From NCBI RefSeq assembly GCF_964355755.1, contig NC_092672.1, forward strand, positions 37,764,437 to 37,828,436: DNA of 64,000 nt, given 5' to 3'. The translations under genes and the position numbers were made by a program. Shown here in pieces: positions 15,001 through 26,404 of the stretch; position 1 is the first letter of the stretch; each line of letters begins with the position of its first letter. The DNA is from Antedon mediterranea (lineage: Eukaryota > Animalia > Echinodermata). Under the pieces are notes generated by a model. That model was not told the DNA's origin and did no database searches. It saw only the letters and a program-made list of their open reading frames with translations.

Positions 15001-18000
15001 AACATTTTGAAGCATTCAAGTGTAAAACTTTACCCTCATAATTTCTGAATTTCAGGTTCAAGATACACATGTTAGCTTTCATACAATATCTTATTGTTTT
15101 TGTATTTAATTCATCCATTATAGGCTGTTTATCCCTGATAGCAGCTCAGCACTGTCAGCCATGAAGAACTGGAAAAATGAGAAAGACCTTGCTTTGGTCT
15201 CTTTTGTTAACTCCCTCTGCCGAAAGCTGGCTGTTACACCAAGTAGACTTCACCCCCATGAAATTTATATTTCAGAGGCAGAGTTGGCTTATTCAGACTA
15301 CAAGCCCTTACAAGGTATGTAAAGCTCTGTCTACACTATCAAACTTTATGTGATAAAAATAGATATAATGTGCCCATATATGGACACAATAACGTCATTA
15401 CTTTTTTCTAGCTTCTTCTTCCTATGTTAATAATGCAAAGACTATTATTGTTAAAATTTTATTTTATAAGAAAAAAGAAAGGAAATAATGTTTTCATTGA
15501 ATTGAATGGAATATCAATACCTTATTTGGGCAGAGTTTGATAGTGTAAATAAATAAAGCTTAAATGCAATACAGTAGTATGGTTTCTTCAGACAGTGATA
15601 AACTATGTATTTTAAAGACTAACATGAATCAATCTTGTATTTAGATATTCCATTTGAATAATTTCAGGTACTTCCACTGAAGCTCTCATTCTTCGATTTG
15701 CACTTTTGCAAAATCTCAACAACCAGATAGAAAGCTCGCTCTTGCCATTTGTGGATCTCAGACCAGCAAAGACATTCAACCTGTCATCAGCTGCTGTGCT
15801 TGAGCAGTCACGAGGTCTTTTGTTCTACGACACCAAGGATAAATTATTCAATGTGATACTGGACTCTACAGCACAACGTAGTGTTGACCATGCTGCTCCA
15901 GAAATTACATTAGACCCACTGGAAGTCCTAGGAGGTATGTTTTAGATTTACTAAATTTCTTTGTAAACCACTTTATTCAGTTGGTGGTACACTAAAGACA
16001 CATTCATTTTGTTAGCAACATTAAACTACCATTTGTTCTCATTGTTTATTTAACTCATGTATTTTACCTATAATATCAATGTTTACTATTCATTTGATTC
16101 ATACAGCTGACACCACTGGGTGCCTGTCTACTCAATTCTGTCAAGCGGCCCGCCAACTTTCAACCGTCCCATCTTCTAAATTGTGCGTCAAGATAGCAAG
16201 TGGTGGCGACCCAACCTACGCATTCAATGTCAGACTCACCGGAGAAGAGGTCCACGGCAACAGTAAGTCTAATACTTAATTACAATTTAAATTATTGTAT
16301 AGGCAGTTATTAATTGGTAGCTGTTTTATTTTTTTATTAATTGCTGAATTAATTGGTAGTCATAAGTTTTCTACAACCAACAACCAATTTAGTTTTTTTG
16401 TTTGTGAAAGCACAATAAAGATAACTTGAACTTGTTTTACTTATTATTATATTGTTTATTTTCCAGGTGGATCATTTCGTCATTTTCTTGATCAAGTTAC
16501 CAAAGAATTACTCAGTCCCTCCCTAGGCCTACTTATGCCATGTCCTAGCTCATCAGTTGGTAAAAATGTAGGAAAATATATGCTCCGTCCAGGCCTGTTG
16601 ACATACCCAGAAGAGAAGCTATTACAGTTCCTAGGCCAGTTTCTTGGAATTGCTCTAAGAGCTGATATACCCCTAGCTCTTGATTTTATGGCCTGTTTTT
16701 GGAAGGGACTGATCGGTCTACAGATTGATATGGAATCAGACTTTAAAGAAGTTGATGTTGTTACTAATAAATTCCTGCAAGACTTAGAGAAGGTAAGAAT
16801 AATCTTAACAAAAGCAACAGTGGAGCTATAGAATTACAATTCTATAGCTCCATGAGTACACAGTCAATGTTCTATTGGAATAATAGCGCCCTCTAGGAAC
16901 CATGAATATTATTCTTAACTAATTATAATGCTAATACACTTAGTTTTCTATGGTTATATTCACCAATTACACTTAAGTGAGATGTTTCACTTAACTCAAT
17001 AAATATTTTAAGTATTTCCCTAAAATGTATTCACTTAGATAGGAGATTTTTTTTGTATTTTAAGGGTAGGGTAGGTTTTAAGTGTGAATGGTGAATTTTA
17101 TTAAAATATGTAATAATTTATATTTCTTCAATTATTTTTCCTTTTTCTAATATTATAGGCAGCAAATGAAAAAGATTTTCTGTCATTACTCACAAAGTTC
17201 TCACTTGAAGAAAATCAGGAAATGGAGAGTGACGAGGATGAACAAAGCAGGTATTGTCATAAGTTCACCCACACGACACTGATGGGTGTTGAAGTGGAAC
17301 TGATAGAGGGAGGTAGTGATATCAATCTAAGGTGCGTAAATTACCTGTATTCCTGTAGTTGTCTCTTTTCATTAAAAGAGTATTGTTGGCAGGTAGCCAG
17401 GATTCACTGGGTAGAGGGTTGTGTCTGTCAACAATATCATTACATCTGGCTACAGTTATGCCAGAGTTTTAAAGAAGATATGGGGATGAGGTGGGAAAAC
17501 CTTTGTTAATTGTTCCATACATAAACTTAGCAGACTCCATTGAGCAGAATTGTAGCAAAAGCATGCTAGCAAATTTTTATTTGTGTAGAAGAATTGCAAA
17601 AGTAATTGTTTTATCTATAATTTATTGCTCTTTTATTTTAGTTGGGAGAACAGACTTGATTTCATCAAAGCAGTAAAACAACTCCGAATGGATGAGATAG
17701 TATCCTGTGAGCGTATGCAAGCAGTACGATGTGGCCTAGCATCTATCATCCCAATACAGTTACTCTCCCTGATGACAGTACGTGATATTGAGCTTAGAAT
17801 GTGTGGGCTACCTACAGTGGACTTGGACTTCCTCAAGGTGAGTCATGAGCCTATATATGGACATGATGATGTCATATCACTACCATAATTGGTCATGTCA
17901 CTACCATATTTGGGCACATCACACTTTTTGTAAAACTATTTGTCTTTTTTGCTAAAAGAATATTGTGGTAGATTAGTTAGTTGTGTTTGCCTGCTGAATC

Positions 18001-20788
18001 ATACAGATACAGTGGAGCCTTTAAAGAGTTTTAAAGAAGACATCACTGGAATATTTGTTATGGTTAATTTGTCTATACTGAAAATACCAAAAACAATTAG
18101 CAGTACTTACCCAAGTCTTTGATTACAAGATGATGTGGTATCAAAACATCTGTATTTGTCATATTGTAGATACAATGAAACTATTAAAATGAAAAAAAAG
18201 GGCGTTGAGTGAGAAATTATTACAAGTGGAGTTGTAGCTTGGTGTTTTTGGATGCTAAGCATTGTGTGGCCTGGGTCCAAATCTTATCTTTATCACTTTG
18301 TGTGTAGAGCATATTGTGCTTGTGTGTCCTGTAGAACAGGCTTCACCTTTTCTGAGTGACTTTTTACTCTTAGCAACAAAAATGTGATGTGCCCAAATAT
18401 GAACGTGATGATATCGGTACTATATTTGGGCACTTTATTTGTCAAACTATAGTTTGATAGTGTAGACAGAGTTTAACTTGAAATGTGTTTTGTTGCAGGC
18501 GCATACAATGTACCAGGTTGGCCTTGTAGAAACCAATCCACATATTCAATTCTTCTGGCAAACACTTGAGAGCTTTTCACAGGAGAATTTATGTCGTTTT
18601 GTTAAGTTTGCTTGTAATCAACAAAGAATACCGTGCACATGTCCGTGTAAAGACGGTAATGCGGACACAACTCATGTCCCACCGTACCCAATGAAGATTG
18701 CACCTCCGGATGGCTCCAGTGGTATGTAAAACATTTAAGATAATATATTATCTATTTTCTTCTATGCATTGTTTTATGTACATATAATTTGTAAGCAAGT
18801 TTCACACATAAAATAGATTAAAAAAGTTAAAAGTTAAGTTACTTATACGAAGGCAATGTAACAACAGAATACTGAGCTCGGCTTGCCAAGGTAGGAACTC
18901 AGTCCTTTGATCTTATGTCTGGCTGCGACGAATACAAGTACTGTACTTTGTATATATTATCTGTCTGTTAATGGGCATGGAACTGATCATGTGGTAGCCA
19001 CAGATAAACCCTTTGATCTCCGATCATCCTTTTAGATTACCTTGCTTAAACTCAAATTGCCACTGGATCCATCAACTCTAAACCTTTCTTGCTTATACTC
19101 AAATTGCCACAGGATCCATCAACTCTAAACCTTTCTTGCTTATACTCAAATTGCCACGGGATCCATCAACTCTAAACCTTTCTTGCTTATACTGTATTCA
19201 AATTGCCATGGGATCCATCAACTCTAAACCTTTCTTGCTTATACTCAAATTGCCACGGGATCCATCAACTCTAAACCTTCTTGCTTATACTCAAATTGCC
19301 ACGGGATCTATCAACTCTAAACCTTTCTTGCTTATACTCAAATTGCCACGGGATCCATCAACTCTAAACCTTTCTTGCTTATACTCAAATTGCCACTGGA
19401 TCCATCAACTCTAAACCTTTCTTGCTTATACTCAAATTGCCACGGGATCCATCAACTCTAAACCTTTCTTGCTTATATTCAAATTGCCATGGGATCCATC
19501 AACTCTAAACCTTTCTTGCTTATACTCAAATTGCCACGGGATCCATCAACTCTAAGCCTTTCTTGCTTATACTCAAATATCCACGGGATCTATCAACTCT
19601 AAACCTTTCTTGCTTATATTCAAATTGCCATGGGATCCATCAACTCTAAACCTTTCTTGCTTATACTCAAATTGCCACGGGATCCATCAACTCTAAGCCT
19701 TTCTTGCTTATACTCAAATTGCCACTGGATCCATCAACTCTAAGCCTTTCTTGCTTATACTCAAATTGCCACTGGATCCATCAACTCTAAACCTTTCTTG
19801 CTTATATTCAAATTGCCATGGGATCCATCAACTCTAAACCTTTCTTGCTTATACTCAAATTGCCACGGGATCCATCAACTCTAAACCTTTCTTGCTTATA
19901 CTCAAATTGCCATGGGATCCATCAACTCTAAGCCTTTCTTGCTTATACTCAAATTGCCACGGGATCCATCAACTCTAAGCCTTTCTTGCTTATACTCAAA
20001 TATCCACGGGATCTATCAACTCTAAACCTTTCTTGCTTATACTCATCAAATTGCCACGGGATCCATCAACTCTAAACCTTTCTTGCTTATACTCAAATAT
20101 CCACAGGATCTATCAACTCTAAACCTTTCTTGCTTATACTCATCAAATTGCCACAGGATCCATCAACTCTAAACCTTTCTTGCTTATACTCCAATTGCCA
20201 CAGGATCCATCAACTCTAAACCTTTCTTGCTTATACTCAAATTGCCACTGGATCCATCAACTCTAAACCTTTCTTGCTTATACTCAAATTGCCACGGGAT
20301 CCATCAACTCTAAACCTTTCTTGCTTATACTCAAATTGCCACAGGATCCATCAACTCTAAACCTTTCTTGCTTATACTCAAATTGCCACGGGATCCATCA
20401 ACTCTAAACCTTTCTTGCTTATACTCAAATTGCCAAAGGATCCATCAACTCTAAACCTTTCTTGCTTATACTCAAATTGCCACGGGATCCATCAACTCTA
20501 AACCTTTCTTGCTTATACTCAAATTGCCACAGGATCCATCAACTCTAAACCTTTCATTCTTGTTGTTTACTAACCCTTAATAAGGTACAACAAAGTTCAA
20601 TGAACTGTAAACAGAATAAACCGTAAAGTTTCTAAATGATTTTGATTTTAGGATCTCCAGATTCAAGATTCATTCGAGTAGAAACATGTATGTTTATGGT
20701 GAAGTTACCGCAATATTCAAGTTTAGATGTTATGAAAAAACGCCTTCTGTATGCCATCAATTGCAGGGATGACCCATTGAGTGGTTAA
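1..20788 (+). CDS. HECTD4: HECTD4-like giant HECT E3 ubiquitin ligase, 3' portion (5' end outside window), multi-exon
   Basis: GT-AG exons assembled by eye in phase (approx.): 1-83, 300-580, 999-1176, 1479-1557, 1698-1885, 2283-2418, 2505-2693, 3032-3196, 3543-3718, 3874-4093, 4424-4585, 4956-5107, 5797-6031, 6550-6823, 7170-7436, 7900-8165, 8981-9141, 11474-11882, 12226-12356, 12617-14806, 15124-15313, 15668-15934, 16107-16263, 16467-16791, 17159-17331, 17642-17837, 18499-18721, 20652-20788. Recognised peptides: RTDPVRPFISGHVANSMAAEVIALLH, SPRY-like FHNNGRAVHYNGSSLLQW, AWESKVFPVIRRRFRNEAER, and the HECT C-lobe ending RFIRVETCMFMVKLPQYSSLDVMKKRLLYAINCRDDPLSG*, which matches the remembered vertebrate HECTD4 C-terminus (...REDPLSG). 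Confidence 0.93.
674..945 (+). mobile_element. Harbinger-type MITE family A: two partial copies (674-779, 856-945)
   Basis: Family consensus TIR AGCTCTGTCTACACTATCAAACT...AGTTTGATAGTGTAGACAGAGCT, usually flanked by TAA/TTA; internal CATATATGGACATGATGATGTCATATCACTACCATATTTGGGCA. Confidence 0.75.
2068..2191 (+). mobile_element. MITE family A copy
   Basis: Same internal motif; right TIR AGTTTGATAGTGTAGACAGAGCT|TAA. Confidence 0.8.
3237..3377 (-). mobile_element. MITE family A copy (reverse)
   Basis: TIRs CTACACTATCAAACT / AGTTTGATAGTGTAGAC; internal motif reversed. Confidence 0.8.
4173..4378 (+). mobile_element. 5'-truncated copy of the same SINE as 35537-35845
   Basis: TTCTCGGATAAAGACTATAAACCGTAGGTCC...GTCTTTGACTGAAGAGG aligns with 35645-35825. 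Confidence 0.75.
5123..5778. repeat. 22-bp minisatellite (GATCAGAATTACAGCTATTTGT), ~30 copies, fills a HECTD4 intron
   Basis: Directly visible tandem array. Confidence 0.97.
6222..6296 (-). pseudogene. Degenerate tRNA(Glu/Asp)-like sequence or SINE head
   Basis: Minus strand TGGTGGTCTAATGGTTAGGATATCTGCATATCAAGCAGGCGATCTGAGTTCGAGTCTCGG has A and B boxes and anticodon/T arms, but the acceptor stem does not pair. Confidence 0.55.
6871..7009 (+). mobile_element. MITE family A copy
   Basis: TTA|AGCTCT...GACAGAGCT|TTA with intact internal motif. Confidence 0.8.
8220..8845. mobile_element. Non-autonomous DNA transposon with TTAA TSD (Kolobok-like) in HECTD4 intron
   Basis: TTAA|AGCCCCATTCCCTAC ... 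GCAGGGAAGGGGTCT|TTAA (12/15 inverted match); CpG-rich interior contrasts with the flanking intron. Confidence 0.65.
9440..11250. repeat. 61-bp tandem array, ~30 near-identical copies
   Basis: Unit TTATAGATAATAGATAGACTCAGTGTATTTTAGTATACATTCAGTGTTAAGCTCAGTCTAA. Confidence 0.97.
11247..11397 (-). mobile_element. MITE family A copy (reverse) abutting the 61-bp satellite
   Basis: CAGTCTACACTATCAAACTAG...AGTTTGATAGTGTAGGCAGAGCT|TTA. Confidence 0.8.
11966..12123 (+). mobile_element. MITE family A copy (near full length)
   Basis: GCTCTTTCTACACTGTCAAACT...AGTTTGATAGTGTAGACAGAGCT. Confidence 0.82.
15323..15560 (+). mobile_element. MITE family A copy, interrupted
   Basis: Left TIR AGCTCTGTCTACACTATCAAACT at 15323, right part AGTTTGATAGTGTA at ~15534, and ~120 bp of unrelated sequence between. 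Confidence 0.65.
17848..18473 (+). mobile_element. Two partial MITE family A copies (17848-17945, 18372-18473)
   Basis: Internal motif in both; right TIR in the second. Confidence 0.65.
19041..20555. repeat. 47-bp tandem array, ~32 copies, in the last HECTD4 intron
   Basis: Unit TCAACTCTAAACCTTTCTTGCTTATACTCAAATTGCCACGGGATCCA. Confidence 0.97.
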
Positions 20789-20794
20789 TGTGCA

Positions 20795-20990
20795 TGACCA
20801 TATATGGGCATGTTATGACTATATATGGACATGTTATGCCTGTATATGGTCTTGTGGCTGTATGGGTATGACTATATATGGATATTTTATGCCTCTATAT
20901 GGTCTTGTGGCTGTATGGGTATGACTATATATGGGCATGTTATGCCTGTATAAGGTCTTGTTGTGACTGTATATGGGCATTTATGACTAT
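20795..20990. repeat. Degenerate ~20-bp tandem repeat immediately after the HECTD4 stop
   Basis: TATGACTATATATGGGCATGT-like units. Confidence 0.75.
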
Positions 20991-21310
20991 AATATTATGG
21001 AAATTTGGAAATCATGACTATATATAGCAATTTATGCTTTTTTCTTGTAAAAGTATAGTAATTAGGATATATTGAGCCAGGAGGTATCTCCCTGTACTGT
21101 ATAGAGTTGATTCTTGATTTGTGACTGATGTGAAATATCGCATTAATTGTGTGTGCAAATACCTCTTGATTTATTCTGTGTGAAAACTTGTGTTTATAGT
21201 TGTTGAAAGTTGAAAGTGATAAATTAATAGATTTTAAAAACAATATATAATAGTATGTACTTGCTTTGAACTTACCAAATTAGAAACACAATACATAGTG
21301 TCAAAATCAA

Positions 21311-21420
21311 AGCTCTGTCACTATCAAATGATGTCATATTACTACCATATTTGGGCATATCACTACCATATTTGGGCACACACTATTATTGTCAAACTAG
21401 TTTGATGTGTAGACAGAGAT
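21311..21420 (+). mobile_element. MITE family A copy (internally deleted)
   Basis: AGCTCTGTCACTATCAAA...AGTTTGATGTGTAGACAGAGAT. Confidence 0.75.
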
Positions 21421-22105
21421 TTAGATGATATTAATCATAAAACTAAAACATATTGAGCCAAAGTATGTTTCCTTCCAGTTTTTAAACTGTAAATAGAATC
21501 AATCCCAGACTGTGGTGCTGGCCTATTCTCTGATAAAATGTTTATTCTCAATATTTATGTATGTGATTATGAATATTACATGCATATTAGTAATATAAAT
21601 CAAATCAACATGACGTGTGTCCTGGATTAGGTTGTGAGTGTAAAGATGTAAAAGTAATTCATTTATTATACATCCTAATTCTGAATTATTCAGAATCACT
21701 TTTCGTTTAGTGACGTGGTACAGCTTCATTTTAAAAGAGATTTCTACTGTGCAAATTACTAATGTTAAGATAATAATAACAGTAGGATTGAACGGACTGT
21801 TCCTACTCAGGATAGATACAGATTCTACGTGGAACAAGCTACGCGGTTTTACGCTTACCGTTACCGCTCGTTTGTGTAAATTTCCCTTTAATGTACTGAC
21901 CAACAAATTATGCATATGTAATGTGAATGAAGGTATGATATCTATGTCAATAGATTACGAAAAATCTGTATAGAATTAATTAATAAATAATGAAGAATCT
22001 ATTATATAGAAAAGCTTTAATATGCTGATAAATTAAACATGAAAAACAGTAAATATTTTGAAAATGTTCACTTTTATAAATAGTACATAGAATATATAGA
22101 TATTT

Positions 22106-23184
22106 AAATAGATAATGGAACTCTGATATATATTAATATATGTTCAATCTATAAATAGATAATGGAACTCTGATATATATTAATATATGTTCAATCTATA
22201 AATAGATAATGGAACTCTGATATATATTAATATATGTTCAATCTATAAATAGATAATGGAACTCTGATATATATTAATATATGTTCAATCTATAAATAGA
22301 TAATGGAACTCTGATATATATTAATATATGTTCAATCTATAAATAGATAATGGAACTCTGATATTTATTAATATATGTTCAATCTATAAATAGATAATGG
22401 AACTCTGATATATATTAATATATGTTCAATCTATAAATAGATAATGGAACTCTGATATATATTAATATATGTTCAATCTATAAATAGATAATGGAACTCT
22501 GATATATATTAATATATGTTCAATCTATAAATAGATAATGGAACTCTGATATATATTAATATATGTTCAATCTATAAATAGATAATGGAACTCTGATATA
22601 TATTAATATATGTTCAATCTATAAATAGATAATGGAACTCTGATATATATTAATATATGTTCAATCTATAAATAGATAATGGAACTCTGATATATATTAA
22701 TATATGTTCAATCTATAAATAGATAATGGAACTCTGATATATATTAATATATGTTCAATCTATAAATAGATAATGGAACTCTGATATATATTAATATATG
22801 TTCAATCTATAAATAGATAATGGAACTCTGATATATATTAATATATGTTCAATCTATAAATAGATAATGGAACTCTGATATATATTAATATATGTTCAAT
22901 CTATAAATAGATAATGGAACTCTGATATATATTAATATATGTTCAATCTATAAATAGATAATGGAACTCTGATATATATTAATATATGTTCAATCTATAA
23001 ATAGATAATGGAACTCTGATATATATTAATATATGTTCAATCTATAAATAGATAATGGAACTCAGATATATATTAATATATGTTCAATCTATAAATAGAT
23101 AATGGAACTCTGATATATATTAATATATGTTCAATCTATAAATAGATAATGGAACTCTGATATATATTAATATATGTTCAATCT
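22106..23184. repeat. 47-bp AT-rich tandem array, ~23 almost identical copies
   Basis: Unit AATAGATAATGGAACTCTGATATATATTAATATATGTTCAATCTATA. Confidence 0.97.
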
Positions 23185-23637
23185 CTCGAAATGTCTCATA
23201 GTAAAACTTTTTGAAAATATAGTTTTAACTAGATAGTTATGGAGAGGTACAAAATAGAATAGTAACTTTATACAGTGGATAGTGCAGTGAACTAATGACA
23301 ATGATGCCACCCAAAAGTATGTACGCGCGCGTGTATTGAAAGCCTTTTTAACGCCGCCAACCATAGGCCTATTATAAATGTTGCTTCCTATGATAAATTT
23401 CACAAAGTAAGCCAAAGAAATTTATATTTTAGCAGAAACTAAGAATCAGCTTATCCTAAAAACGTCACCAAATGGTCCACTTTTCAGAGAAACAGATCGT
23501 AAAATATGAATGTTTTGATTGCATGATATTTTATAATAAAAACAAATAGTATGTGCGCGTATGTGTTTCGCTTTTATAATTAGGTGATGTTTGTTGCAAG
23601 TATTGTCATAAATTGTTATATACATATTTAATATAGA

Positions 23638-23785
23638 TTATGCTATGCACGCGACTTGTGACGTTTATATGCTATGCGCGCCGCTTGTGTGACGTTTACA
23701 TGCTATGCGCGCGGCTTGTGTGACGTTTATATGCTGTCGGCGCGGCTTGTGACGTTTATATGCTGTCCGCGCGACTTGTGACGTC
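23638..23785. repeat. ~30-bp CpG-rich tandem repeat, 5 copies
   Basis: TATGCTATGCGCGCGACTTGTGACGTTTA-like units. Confidence 0.85.
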
Positions 23786-24930
23786 ATTAGTAGTGCAGTA
23801 CATTATTTTTCGAAAATTATAGTTTAATAAGAATACGATAGAATGAATTGCTACATGTTTGTACCACAATGTTTGTTGACAAAATAAAAGAAAATTGTAA
23901 TAATGGTGGTGAATGTGTCACGTTGGATGTTTTATTCAATATTTATGAAATTAACTATGTAATAATGAATGTTTGCATTAGTATAGTTTATTGGGTAGGC
24001 CTATACGACGGTAATATGTTAGTTTGGCTTTCACTAAAGCTGACTCAGACGTGAGACGAAACACAGATGTACGCATAACGCAACAAAAACCAATACGAAC
24101 ACATAATATAATGTTTGGTATTTACGTCGCACGGTCGCATACAACAAGAAGTTGATTCGTAATGTGAACGCAATTAATTGACCAATCACGATTGACGCGA
24201 TCATCCAACTGTTTTCTTTTTATATGCGTGTCCAATCATAGAGATATTTCACTATAATATCTCTATGGTCCAATGTAGGCCTACTTTGCGTGGAACCAAG
24301 CTATAGTGGGAAGCGTTACTGCAATGTTTAATGTCACTAGACATCATACTACCGTTCATGTATAGGTACAGATATTGTGATCTGAAATGCTTCTCTTGTA
24401 ATTCATCTTTGACTCAAATATAAACCAAACAAGCAAAATGCTTGCCTTTGTCATCATAGTCGCATGCATGCATCATTTAAATGCACGTCGTACATTATTT
24501 AACAATTTGTAACAAAAACCACGACGAAAATATATTGTTTTCAGTAGGACTTAGGGGTGGAATTTTATTTACTCTAAATAAAAAGTGAAAAAAATGTGAA
24601 TAGAAACAACGAATCATCAAGATATTTAATTTAAGTTATACATACCGTATTCATCTTTTTTTAAAATTCCACCATAAATTTTTTTTCTAAAAAAAATGGT
24701 GTAACCCAAGAAAATGAATCCCCCAAAATGATGAAGGGGATCGGAAAATATTGATGGATATTAGTAGTATAGGAAATATTGGAATTTATAATCTATTGAT
24801 TATTGTCCATGCACAATTGACAACGTGAAAGGGATCGTATCACTAACTATTATTATTACCGATTACTGCTGGTGTGTTACGAAATTCGTAATGACAATAA
24901 TAATAGATTAGGTTAAAATCTGATAGACAT

Positions 24931-25003
24931 GGCCGGTTAGCTCAGTCGGCAGAGCGTCGTGCTAATAACGCGAATGTCATGGGTTCGAGCCCCATATCGG
25001 CCA
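24931..25003 (+). tRNA. tRNA-Ile (anticodon AAT)
   Basis: GGCCGGT TA GCTC AGTCGGCA GAGC G TCGTG CTAATAA CGCGA ATGTC ATGGG TTCGAGC CCCAT ATCGGCC A: 73-nt cloverleaf with A/B boxes and a downstream oligo-T Pol III terminator. Confidence 0.95.
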
Positions 25004-25210
25004 GGTAATATTTTTTCCCGTTTTTTTATTGTATGAAACGAAACGTGTAATGATTTTACTATCGGAATAATGTTTAGGTTGCCGGATTTTTTATCCAAAA
25101 ATTGTTCTATAATATAAGATAGGGCTTTTCATATCTCATTAGAATAATTCTTACCTATAAAAGAATAAAAACATAGACAAAACAAATACAAGTATACGTA
25201 TAATAGACAT

Positions 25211-25283
25211 GGCCGGTTAGCTCAGTCGGCAGAGCGTCGTGCTAATAACGCGAATGTCATGGGTTCGAGCCCCATATCGGCCA
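25211..25283 (+). tRNA. tRNA-Ile (AAT), copy 2
   Basis: Identical to 24931-25003, followed by a T-run. Confidence 0.95.
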
Positions 25284-25958
25284 GGTAATATTTTTTATTC
25301 CGTATTCCAATACGAATTTTTTACTAAACAAACGTGTAATGATAAAACAATAATTTTTAGGCAGGTGGTAGTTATAACAACTCTTTGTTTTATTAACCCT
25401 TTTTTAGCAAAGAAAGAAACTTATATATACGGTATATATTGAGCCTAATCAGAAACATTAACAAAACATATAATTATTGAAATAAACAAACGAAATAAGT
25501 ACCCCGTGCCGCACTCCTCCCCTCATTATTTGCATTAAATAAAAACAAACATACTGTATTTTTTTTTAACTTTATCGTTTTGATTTAGCTTTTTGCTTAT
25601 TTTATTTGTATCTCCATTGAGATCCAGCCACTGATGATATACCCACAGCATTGCCATTGTTTCCCCTTTTAAAAATGGCTTATTTTTCTCTGCTTTAGCA
25701 CTGACGAACCTAAGTGTGTTGGAAATGGGTATATTTTATAAATCACTAGAAATGTTATACTATAATTGTACTTTTGCTTTTGTTTAAATGTGTTTTTTTA
25801 TGTATAAAAGAGGTGAAAATAAAATTTAAAAAAATTAATATTATGTTATACTGTACCTGGACCTCCCCTTTAAGGATTTGGTAATCTCACCGGTTGCATG
25901 GTATTACGTAATTCATAGAGATTGAAGGACGATTACGTAGGCGTACAGATTCAGACAT

Positions 25959-26031
25959 GGCCGGTTAGCTCAGTCGGCAGAGCGTCGTGCTAATAACGCG
26001 AATGTCATGGGTTCGAGCCCCATATCGGCCA
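25959..26031 (+). tRNA. tRNA-Ile (AAT), copy 3
   Basis: Identical body, followed by a T-run. Confidence 0.95.
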
Positions 26032-26152
26032 GGTAAAATTTTTTTAATTAAAGTGTAATTTTAAATAACAAATTTACTAATGAAAATAGATCTTCCTTTC
26101 TCATAACATAAATAATTTGTATGTCTTTTATATTTTTATTTGCCTTCTGTAT

Positions 26153-26311
26153 TTCAACAATGCCTTGATGTGCTGTAATGTCTTTCAACAATGCCTTGAT
26201 GTGCTGTAATGTCTTTCAACAATGCCTTGATGTGCTGTAATGTCTTTCAACAATGCCTTGATGTGCTGTAATGTCTTTCAACAATGCCTTGATGTGCTGT
26301 AATGTCTTTCA
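26153..26311. repeat. 31-bp tandem repeat, 5 copies
   Basis: CAACAATGCCTTGATGTGCTGTAATGTCTTT. Confidence 0.95.
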
Positions 26312-26404
26312 TTAATATACAAGAAGAGAAAGGAAAGGGATAGCTATGCTTGATAGATTAAAAAATAAAAACACATATTCGGAACTAACAGAAGAAGAAA
26401 CACT

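Noticed and set aside
15645-15667. Alternative upstream acceptor (TTAG|ATATTCC) for a HECTD4 exon
   Set aside because: Gives DIPFE then a stop; the acceptor at 15667 keeps the frame.
18990-20600. Minus-strand Ig-like peptide (ERFRVDGSCGNLSISKV) underlying the 47-bp array
   Set aside because: Too short, interrupted by a stop, and no supporting exon structure.
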